DNA of 32,000 nucleotides from Lysobacteraceae bacterium NML03-0222. Its GTDB lineage: Bacteria; Pseudomonadota; Gammaproteobacteria; Xanthomonadales; Xanthomonadaceae. Shown here piece after piece: positions 25,040-32,000 of the stretch. The position numbers and the translations under genes are program-made. The notes under the pieces are model-generated. The model saw nothing but the letters and a program-made list of their open reading frames with translations. It did not search any database and was not told where the DNA came from. Location: the NCBI GenBank assembly GCA_002798195.1, contig NWQM01000005.1, positions 28,034 to 60,033 on the forward strand, in the 5' to 3' direction. Every line of letters begins with the position of its first letter. Position 1 is the stretch's first letter.

Positions 25040-25734
25040 GCCACGCCGACTTCATCGAAGTCTATGCAGATGCCCTGCCCGCAGAGGTTTGCGGGCAGAT
25101 CATCGACAGGATGAAAACCGCCGCGCTCTCCCCCGGCCAGACCGGTGGCGGCGTGTTTCCCGAGCTCAAGAACAGCCGTGACCTTGCCATCGACACACAA
25201 CCGGAATGGCAGGCCATCAAGCAGCAAATCAATCTGGCCATGCTGGGCTGTTTTCGCCAGTACCTGCGGCGCTATCCACAGGCACTGATTGCACCACTCA
25301 TGTTGCAGGTGCCGGACAAGGATGGCCAGCCCAAACGTCTTGCGGCAGAAGACTTTGCCGAGATTAGCGATGAGCTGCTGACTGCGCTCATTACCCGCTG
25401 CTTTCAGCCCGGCGGCATCAATTTGCAGTGGTATCAATCCGGTACCGGCGGCTACCCATACTGGCATTGCGAGCTGTATCCGCGCGATGCCTCGGCACAG
25501 ACCCTGCACCGCCACCTGTTGTGGACGCTGTATCTGAACGATGATTTTGCCGAAGGCGAAACCGAGTTTTTATTTCAGGCACGCAAAATCATTCCCAAAA
25601 CAGGCAGCCTGTTGATTGCACCGACTGCCTTCACCCATACCCATCGCGGTAATCGTCCCGAAGGCGGCGACAAGTTCATTGCCACCAGCTGGATTGAGTT
25701 CCGGCCTGCCTCACAAATCTACGGCAGGCGCTGA
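25036..25734 (+). CDS. putative 2OG-Fe(II) oxygenase-superfamily protein (uncharacterised)
   Basis: ATG overlaps the fbp stop (ATGA). 232 aa, soluble. Candidate metal triad H-x-E (YWHCE) … H (FTHTHRG) and an LYLND…GETEF strand pattern, reminiscent of small 2OG-oxygenase-like families. Function not established. Confidence 0.5.
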   Translation: MSHADFIEVYADALPAEVCGQIIDRMKTAALSPGQTGGGVFPELKNSRDLAIDTQPEWQAIKQQINLAMLGCFRQYLRRYPQALIAPLMLQVPDKDGQPKRLAAEDFAEISDELLTALITRCFQPGGINLQWYQSGTGGYPYWHCELYPRDASAQTLHRHLLWTLYLNDDFAEGETEFLFQARKIIPKTGSLLIAPTAFTHTHRGNRPEGGDKFIATSWIEFRPASQIYGRR

Positions 25735-26508
25735 TTGCCCTGCTTGCTCGGGCAAGAGCAGATGAATGCTACAGCCTTCGCCCACTGAGGACTGCGCCCA
25801 AATACGTCCGCCATGACGTGTCACGATGGTTTGCGCAATGGCAAGCCCAAGGCCATCGCCAGCGCCTTGCTTGGTGCTGTGCAGACGCTGAAAGGGTTCA
25901 AACGGTTGCCCGGCATCGCGCAAATCCATGCCGATACCTTGGTCATGAATTTCCACGTGCAGCCCTTCGGGCGTGCTTTCGCCACGGATGCGCACCTGCA
26001 CACGCCCCGTGTCGGCGGAAAACTTCCAGCTGTTTTCCAGCAATTTGAATAGCAAACTCTTCAGTAGCGCCTCATCACCGCAGACTTGCAAGCCAGCTTG
26101 AACATCCAAATCGACCTGCAACTGCGGCCAGATTACGCTCAAGTCCATGACCACCCAATCGACAAGGAAGTCCAGCGCCACTGGCTGATATTTCAGTGGT
26201 GCGCGCCCCACGCGCGAATATTCCAGAAGTGCCTCTATCAAGGCACCACTCTTGGCGGCCGCATTGCGGATTTGCTCAATACTGCGCTCCACCAGAGCGC
26301 TGTCCTGTACCTGCAGCCCTTGCTGCAAACGCAGGGCAAAACCATCAATGGCGCGCAGCGGCGCACGCAAATCATGCGAAATGCCAAACACCAGCGCCTG
26401 TTGCTGTTTTTGCATCGCGTGCAGCTGGGATTCGGCGGCCTGCAAGCGCTGCTCCAGCTCGGCCAGCCCGCGCGTCGGTTTACCCGTTACATCGGTATCG
26501 CTTCTCAT
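25711..26508 (-). CDS. minimal soluble histidine kinase (HisKA + HATPase_c only), orphan
   Basis: H-box FGISHDLRAPLRAI, N-box LLENSWKFS, G1 HDQGIGM, G2 GDGLGLAIA. Only ~35 aa (coiled-coil-like) precede the H-box. No TM, no sensor domain and no adjacent response regulator. The 3' end overlaps the preceding convergent gene by 24 nt. Confidence 0.8.
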   Translation of the reverse strand: MRSDTDVTGKPTRGLAELEQRLQAAESQLHAMQKQQQALVFGISHDLRAPLRAIDGFALRLQQGLQVQDSALVERSIEQIRNAAAKSGALIEALLEYSRVGRAPLKYQPVALDFLVDWVVMDLSVIWPQLQVDLDVQAGLQVCGDEALLKSLLFKLLENSWKFSADTGRVQVRIRGESTPEGLHVEIHDQGIGMDLRDAGQPFEPFQRLHSTKQGAGDGLGLAIAQTIVTRHGGRIWAQSSVGEGCSIHLLLPEQAGQSAPAVDL

Positions 26509-26600
26509 TACCCAAAGCTAATACAGCCCGGTGTTATATCGCGTGAAAACGGCAAGCTCAGTCCGTCCGGCATACACTCTTATTCCCTTGCATAGCCACC

Positions 26601-28076
26601 ATGCTCATGTCTGCAATCTTCTCTGCCCTGCACGATGTATGGAGCGCTTTCTGGAGCATCCCGCATATCAGCGTCTGGATAAGCACGATATGGGCTGGCT
26701 ATCTGGTCTGGCTGGCCGGCTGGATTGTGCTGCAAAAGCGCGAGCCTGCAGCCACCTTGAGCTGGCTACTCAGCCTTGCCCTGCTGCCTATTTTGGGCTT
26801 TGTCATCTACTACTGGTTTGGGCCACAGAAAATCAAGCGCCATCGTTTGCGCCGCAGCCATTGCAAGGTGAATTTGTGCCCTGCGCCAAACCCGAACGAC
26901 AATCCTGAATATGCCGAGCTGCAACATATGGTTTTCTCCAGCACCGGGCTTCCGCCAAGCTCGGCACAAAGCGTGCAGATGCTGGTCGATGGCGGCGGCA
27001 AATATCCACGGCTTCTGGAGGATATTGCCGCTGCACAGCAGCTGGTGCATGTCGAGTATTACATCTATCAGCCCGACCAAAGCGGCACCGCCTTGCGCGA
27101 TACCTTGATAGATGCCGCCCAACGTGGCGTCAAGGTCAGGCTGCTGGTGGATGCTGTCGGCTCGGCCAAGGCCTCGCAACAATTCTTTCAGCCTCTGGTG
27201 GATGCAGGCGGCGAAGTCGCGCGCTTTCATCCAATGCGCTTTGACGGGATTTTCCGCTTCTGGAAACGCCCTTGGCTCAATCTGCGCACCCACCGCAAGA
27301 TTGTGGTGATCGACAACCACATTGCCTATGTCGGCGGCATCAATATCACTGATGAGCAGGATGAGCGCCTCAATCCGCTGGCCTATCGCGACCTGCATCT
27401 GCGCATTGAAGGCAATGCGGTGCTGGAATTGCAGCAGGTCTTTGCCGAAGACTGGATTTATGCCCGCCCTGGCAAACACGCATGGATCGATGCAATGGCC
27501 AACCAGCCCGCCGCGGTGTCAAATGGAAAAATCGCCATGCAGATTATTGCCTCGGGGCCGGATTCAGATTGGGAAGCCATCCATCGTGCACATGTCTCCG
27601 CCATTCATGCAGCCAGAAAGCGGGTCTGGCTGACCACACCGTATTTTGTCCCCGGTGAAGCCGGAAGAATGGCACTCACTTCTGCCGCACTTGGCGGCCT
27701 GGATGTGCGCCTTCTGGTGCCGAAAATGAGCGACAACCGCCTGGTCACTTATGCTGCCCGCTCCTACTATGCCGAACTGCTGCATGCCGGCGTCAAAATT
27801 TACGAATACGGCCCCAGACTTTTGCATAGCAAAACCTTGCTGATTGATGATGATCTGGCCTTGATTGGCACGGCCAACTTCGACCATCGCAGCTTCCGGC
27901 TGAACTTCGAGGTTCAAGCCCTGATCCAGGATAGGGAAGTTGCCGGGCAACTGGAAAAACAGCTCGAAAACGAATTTGCCCATACCCCCCAGGTGAAACT
28001 TGATGAAGGCAAAAAACCACTGTTGAGCGCACGTCTGCCAGAAGCGATTGCCCGGTTGATGTCACCACTACTTTGA
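26601..28076 (+). CDS. clsA: cardiolipin synthase (PLD superfamily, two HKD motifs)
   Basis: Two N-terminal TM helices. HKD motifs HRKIVVIDNHIAYVGGINI and HSKTLLIDDDLALIGTANFD. 491 aa. Confidence 0.9.
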   Translation: MLMSAIFSALHDVWSAFWSIPHISVWISTIWAGYLVWLAGWIVLQKREPAATLSWLLSLALLPILGFVIYYWFGPQKIKRHRLRRSHCKVNLCPAPNPNDNPEYAELQHMVFSSTGLPPSSAQSVQMLVDGGGKYPRLLEDIAAAQQLVHVEYYIYQPDQSGTALRDTLIDAAQRGVKVRLLVDAVGSAKASQQFFQPLVDAGGEVARFHPMRFDGIFRFWKRPWLNLRTHRKIVVIDNHIAYVGGINITDEQDERLNPLAYRDLHLRIEGNAVLELQQVFAEDWIYARPGKHAWIDAMANQPAAVSNGKIAMQIIASGPDSDWEAIHRAHVSAIHAARKRVWLTTPYFVPGEAGRMALTSAALGGLDVRLLVPKMSDNRLVTYAARSYYAELLHAGVKIYEYGPRLLHSKTLLIDDDLALIGTANFDHRSFRLNFEVQALIQDREVAGQLEKQLENEFAHTPQVKLDEGKKPLLSARLPEAIARLMSPLL

Positions 28077-28173
28077 GCGCCTTCAGAAGCTAACGGCGGT
28101 TTCAGCCGCCCAATGGCACTGCGGCCTGCAGCGCAAATCGTTACACTCTGGTTTTCCGTTGTGGGAGCCTTGC

Positions 28174-28578
28174 ATGTACTGGTCATTGCTGCCCGTTGCC
28201 GCCATCTTCTTTTGGCTGGCCCTGCGTACCCCATCGGTATTGCTGATGGTGATCTGGCTGCTCCTCATGATGGTCTGCCTGCTTGTTTGCGGCTATCTGC
28301 ATTACCGCAGGCTTTTTCCAAAGCAAAACCGCGAGCTGCAAATCACCCCACTGGATAAAGAGCAGCTTGAACTTTTGCGTCAGCAAAAGCAGCAAAACAG
28401 CCCGCTGCAAAAACCTTTGGAAGCGCCTGCTGCAAGCACGCCTGCGCCCAGCCCCAGCCCTATCCCAACACCGGCACCTACGCCCGCGCCGGTGGAAAGA
28501 CCGATTACCGGCCGCGCCGTATTCATTCTGCCGGACGATGAGCCGCCACCGCCCCGCCAACACACGCCTCCGCAATGA
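28174..28578 (+). CDS. small two-TM membrane protein with Pro-rich cytoplasmic/periplasmic tail, unknown function
   Basis: ATG 28174 has GGGAG 6 nt upstream. Hydrophobic N-terminal ~45 aa, then a Q-rich stretch and [23 protein letters not shown]. The stop overlaps the pdxJ ATG (ATGA). Confidence 0.5.
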   Translation: MYWSLLPVAAIFFWLALRTPSVLLMVIWLLLMMVCLLVCGYLHYRRLFPKQNRELQITPLDKEQLELLRQQKQQNSPLQKPLEAPAASTPAPSPSPIPTPAPTPAPVERPITGRAVFILPDDEPPPPRQHTPPQ

Positions 28579-29339
28579 CCAAACTCTCTGTCAACGTCAA
28601 CAAAATCGCCGTACTGCGCAATTCACGTGGCGGCAGTGAACCCGACGTAATCCGCGCCGCCCGTGTCTGCCTGGATGCCGGCGCCCATGGCATCACCGTG
28701 CATCCCCGTCCCGATGCCCGCCATATCCGTGCTGACGATGTCTATGCCCTGGCCAGACTTTGCGGCGAGTACGAAGTCGAATTCAATCTCGAGGGCAACC
28801 CCTTCGCCCCCGCAAGGCCGGGCTATCCGGGTTTTATCGAACTATGCCGCACGACTCGCCCGGCACAAGCCACCCTGGTGCCCGACGGCGATGGGCAAAT
28901 CACTTCCGATCACGGCTTTGACTTCAATCACGACATCCCCGCCCTGACCCCCTTGGTCAGCGAGCTCAAATCCTTGGGCTGCCGGGTCAGTCTGTTTGCC
29001 GATGCCGACCATCCGGGCATTGCCCGCGCCGCCGAATGCGGCGCAGACCGTATCGAGCTCTATACCGGCCCCTATGCCGCAGCTCACGCTGAAGGCAACA
29101 ATCGTGCATTGCAACACTGCATTGATGCTGCGCAAACTGCGCAGGCTGCCGGACTTGCAGTCAATGCCGGCCATGATCTCTCTCAAGACAACCTGGGCGA
29201 TTTTCTGCGCGCTATCCCGAGCATCCAAGAAGTCTCCATCGGCCACGCACTCATCTCCGAAGCCTTGTACAGCGGGCTTGCCAACACCGTGCGCGCCTAT
29301 CTGGACTGTATTGCCAGCGCCACTGGCGAAATTTTATGA
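28575..29339 (+). CDS. pdxJ: pyridoxine 5'-phosphate synthase
   Basis: [17 protein letters not shown]…[13 protein letters not shown]…LEGNP…ATLVPD…ITSDHG…IELYTGPYA…NAGHDL…EVSIGHALI are diagnostic PdxJ motifs. Confidence 0.92.
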   Translation: MTKLSVNVNKIAVLRNSRGGSEPDVIRAARVCLDAGAHGITVHPRPDARHIRADDVYALARLCGEYEVEFNLEGNPFAPARPGYPGFIELCRTTRPAQATLVPDGDGQITSDHGFDFNHDIPALTPLVSELKSLGCRVSLFADADHPGIARAAECGADRIELYTGPYAAAHAEGNNRALQHCIDAAQTAQAAGLAVNAGHDLSQDNLGDFLRAIPSIQEVSIGHALISEALYSGLANTVRAYLDCIASATGEIL

Positions 29340-29371
29340 TTACTTAAAATAAAATCAGCAAGTTACATCAA

Positions 29372-29401
29372 TAAAAAACGCCGTCCGCAACCCGGACGGC
29401 G
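29372..29401 (-). terminator. rho-independent terminator of the minus-strand tonB-exbB-exbD-exbD operon (may also stop pdxJ)
   Basis: Read on the minus strand: CGCCGTCCG-ggttg-CGGACGGCG followed by TTTTTTAT. 9-bp GC-rich stem, 72 nt after the exbD stop. Confidence 0.8.
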
Positions 29402-29472
29402 CATCAATCCACTCTGATTCAAGTGTTCTGGCGAGGGCGAGGCTTCACGCGGGAAAAGCCACGTGAAACAGG

Positions 29473-29892
29473 TTATTCGCCCTGCACAAAGCCGATTTTT
29501 TGCATATCGGCATTTTTGGCTGCAGCCAGCACCTTGGCCAATACTTCATATTCGGCATTGTCATCGGTCTGAATCTGCAGCTGCGGCTGATTGGTCGGGT
29601 CTTTCTGCACTTCAGCCGACATCATGTTTTGCAGCGCGCTGACCGGAGTCAGGGTATCGTTCCAGTACACCTGATTGGCCGCATCGATACGCAGCTTGAT
29701 TGGTTCCGGCGGCTCCACCGGGTTTTCCGGCGCATCCGGGGGACGTGCCTGCGGCAGATCAATCTTGATCGGATAGGATTCGATCGGCATGGTCACCATG
29801 AAGATGATGAGCAATACCAGCATCACGTCCACCAGGGGTGTGACGTTGATATCTGCCATCGCGCCTTTGCCGCCACCTTGTGCAAATGCCAT
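29473..29892 (-). CDS. exbD: ExbD/TolR family biopolymer transport protein (distal paralog)
   Basis: AAGGAG SD. …[24 protein letters not shown]… single TM plus periplasmic domain. 139 aa. Confidence 0.85.
   Translation of the reverse strand: MAFAQGGGKGAMADINVTPLVDVMLVLLIIFMVTMPIESYPIKIDLPQARPPDAPENPVEPPEPIKLRIDAANQVYWNDTLTPVSALQNMMSAEVQKDPTNQPQLQIQTDDNAEYEVLAKVLAAAKNADMQKIGFVQGE
29792..29865 (-). repeat. 74-nt block ~96% identical to 30223-30296 (shared by the two exbD paralogs)
   Basis: Hand alignment gives 71/74 identical. The three differences are all synonymous (Thr, Pro, Ala codons). The block encodes [25 protein letters not shown]. Confidence 0.9.
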
Positions 29893-29903
29893 ACATGAAC
29901 TCC

Positions 29904-30326
29904 TTAGTGCTTTTCGGCAATCGCCACGTAGCCAATATCCAGCATGCCTTGCGACTGGGCAATACGGGTGACTTCGTTGATGACGCTGAGTTTGGTGGTG
30001 CGGTCACCGCGCAAATTCAGCTTGGGCTGAGGTTGCAACTGTGCCGCGCTGGAAAGCTGACTCTCCAGCAGTTCCTTGCTGATCGGCTGATCGTTCCAGA
30101 ACAAATCACCATTGGCAGTGACCGAAACGGTAATCGGACTGGGGCCAGGCCCTGGTTTTTCCTTGGTATCAAGATCCGCACGCGGCAGTTCGACCTGGGT
30201 TTTGTGGTTCATCAGCGGCGTAGTCACCATGAAGATGATGAGCAATACCAGCATCACGTCCACCAGCGGGGTGACGTTGATATCCGCCATCGCGCCGCCA
30301 CTGGCATCTCCGCTACTCATTCCCAT
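29904..30326 (-). CDS. exbD: ExbD/TolR family biopolymer transport protein (proximal paralog)
   Basis: GAGGAA SD. Same N-terminal TM block as the distal copy but a diverged periplasmic domain. 140 aa. Confidence 0.85.
   Translation of the reverse strand: MGMSSGDASGGAMADINVTPLVDVMLVLLIIFMVTTPLMNHKTQVELPRADLDTKEKPGPGPSPITVSVTANGDLFWNDQPISKELLESQLSSAAQLQPQPKLNLRGDRTTKLSVINEVTRIAQSQGMLDIGYVAIAEKH
30223..30296 (-). repeat. second copy of the 74-nt exbD block
   Basis: See 29792-29865. Confidence 0.9.
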
Positions 30327-30375
30327 TTTTCAATTCCTCAAGTCGAACTTTCGATAGGCAAGGGAGGGGCCGCAA

Positions 30376-31116
30376 TCAGCGACCCACATCACCCATACGC
30401 GAGCCAGTGGCAAAGAAGTCATGCAGGTCATGCGCAAAGGCATCGAACTTGGCAATGATTTCGCTGTTCTGGCGGTTGAAGAAGTTGTAGATGATCACCG
30501 CCGGGATAGCCACGAACAGACCGATAGCGGTCATGATCAGGGCTTCACCCACCGGGCCTGCCACGGCCGAGATCGATGCATCACCGGAAGCACCCATGGC
30601 GATCAGGGCGTGGTAAATACCCCACACCGTACCCAGCAGGCCGATAAACGGCGCGGTTGCACCCACGGTAGCGAGCAGCGTCATGCCGTTCTGCAGCTTG
30701 GAGCTTTCACGCACCACGGCCTGGCGCAATGCACGGTCAACCAGTTCCGAGCGGGTCATGTTGCCGGTCAGGCGGTCATCATGACGCTGGTGGTGGGCAG
30801 CGGCCTTGGCAGCATCCAGTGCAATCTTGGAGAACGGCTCACCTACAGGCTGCTCTTCCATGAAGCGGATGGCGTCCTGGGCATTGGGCGTCTGCCAGAA
30901 GGTACCCACCACACGGTCGGCATTGCCGCGCAACTGGGCGTACTTCACCGACTTGACGACGAAGTAGTAAATCGAAAGAACCGAGAACAGAACCAAGGTC
31001 AGGAATACGACCCAGAGCAGCAGATCGAATTGCTGGACCAGGTCCTGAAAACCCATGGCCTTGAAAGCTTCGGCATTGGAGCCGCCGGCGGCGGGCGCGG
31101 GAGTTTGCTGCAGCAT
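30376..31116 (-). CDS. exbB: MotA/TolQ/ExbB proton-channel protein
   Basis: 246 aa with three TM helices. …LLATVGATAPFIGLLGTVWGI…AGPVGEALIMTAIGLFVAIPAVIIYN… is typical ExbB. Confidence 0.9.
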   Translation of the reverse strand: MLQQTPAPAAGGSNAEAFKAMGFQDLVQQFDLLLWVVFLTLVLFSVLSIYYFVVKSVKYAQLRGNADRVVGTFWQTPNAQDAIRFMEEQPVGEPFSKIALDAAKAAAHHQRHDDRLTGNMTRSELVDRALRQAVVRESSKLQNGMTLLATVGATAPFIGLLGTVWGIYHALIAMGASGDASISAVAGPVGEALIMTAIGLFVAIPAVIIYNFFNRQNSEIIAKFDAFAHDLHDFFATGSRMGDVGR

Positions 31117-31202
31117 GACGCTTACCTTTGTTGAGTGGATGTAAAGACCCGAAGGTCAAGAAACGTGGAATTTACTACTTTGAGTGGAACACTTGAAACA
31201 AA

Positions 31203-31880
<678 letters not shown>

Positions 31881-31933
31881 GCGCTTGCTCGTCGTTGGTT
31901 CTATCAGGGCATTTTCGTGCCCGGGAAAAGTAA

Positions 31934-31951
31934 CCTGCCCCGAGGGGCAGG
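31934..31951 (-). terminator. hairpin upstream of tonB, probable terminator of the next minus-strand gene beyond the window
   Basis: CCTGCCCC-ga-GGGGCAGG. On the minus strand it is followed by TTACTTTT. Lies ~55 nt upstream of the tonB ATG. Confidence 0.4.
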
Positions 31952-32000
31952 AACCACCTAGCTTATATCAATTCTCAGTTCATGCGCTATACATGAAGCT

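Noticed and set aside
31962-31976. AT-rich CTTATATCAATTCTC as a Fur box controlling tonB
   Set aside because: My best alignment to the 19-bp Fur consensus matched only about 9/19. It also lies upstream of a terminator-like hairpin (31934-31951) relative to tonB, so it is more likely the tail of the neighbouring gene region. The GAAAATGCCCTGATAGAAC stretch nearer tonB is equally weak.

Overview
GC-rich chromosomal segment, over 60% G+C by eye (not computed). It reads like core genome of a betaproteobacterium of the Neisseriales/Chromobacteriaceae type. That placement is an inference from the PhhA, Mla and TonB-ExbB-ExbD-ExbD products; no search was run. I support about 33 densely packed protein genes. 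In order: the 3' part of an indolepyruvate:ferredoxin oxidoreductase-family gene, an L,D-transpeptidase-like lipoprotein, hemN, folE, a contiguous mlaFEDCB-mlaA cluster, rmuC, an rlmI-like methyltransferase, a rhomboid protease and a polytopic membrane protein. Then a HisKA_3 kinase / NarL-type regulator pair, followed without a visible terminator by a GYF-AIM24 fusion protein, a patatin-like lipoprotein, a small beta-barrel OMP and a small secreted Cys-containing protein. Then a KefB/KefC-type K+ efflux gene, phhA, a solo HTH-HipA kinase (YjjJ/HipH type), fbp, a 2OG-oxygenase-like gene, a minimal orphan histidine kinase, cls, a Pro-rich membrane protein, pdxJ and tonB-exbB-exbD-exbD. I see no rRNA or tRNA genes, CRISPR arrays, transposases, integrases or phage genes. 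Most of the window is ordinary housekeeping. The parts most worth a second look are: (1) the two-component / GYF-AIM24 / patatin / OMP / small secreted protein cluster at 14.5-19.5 kb, whose central protein has no known bacterial function; (2) the monocistronic HTH-HipA kinase behind a 105-nt, ~27% GC leader packed with palindromes; (3) a perfect (CCG)12 tract inside tonB; (4) a 74-nt near-identical block shared by the two otherwise diverged exbD paralogs. I cannot claim a clearly new system from sequence alone. All functional calls rest on motif recognition by eye and need HMM or BLAST confirmation.
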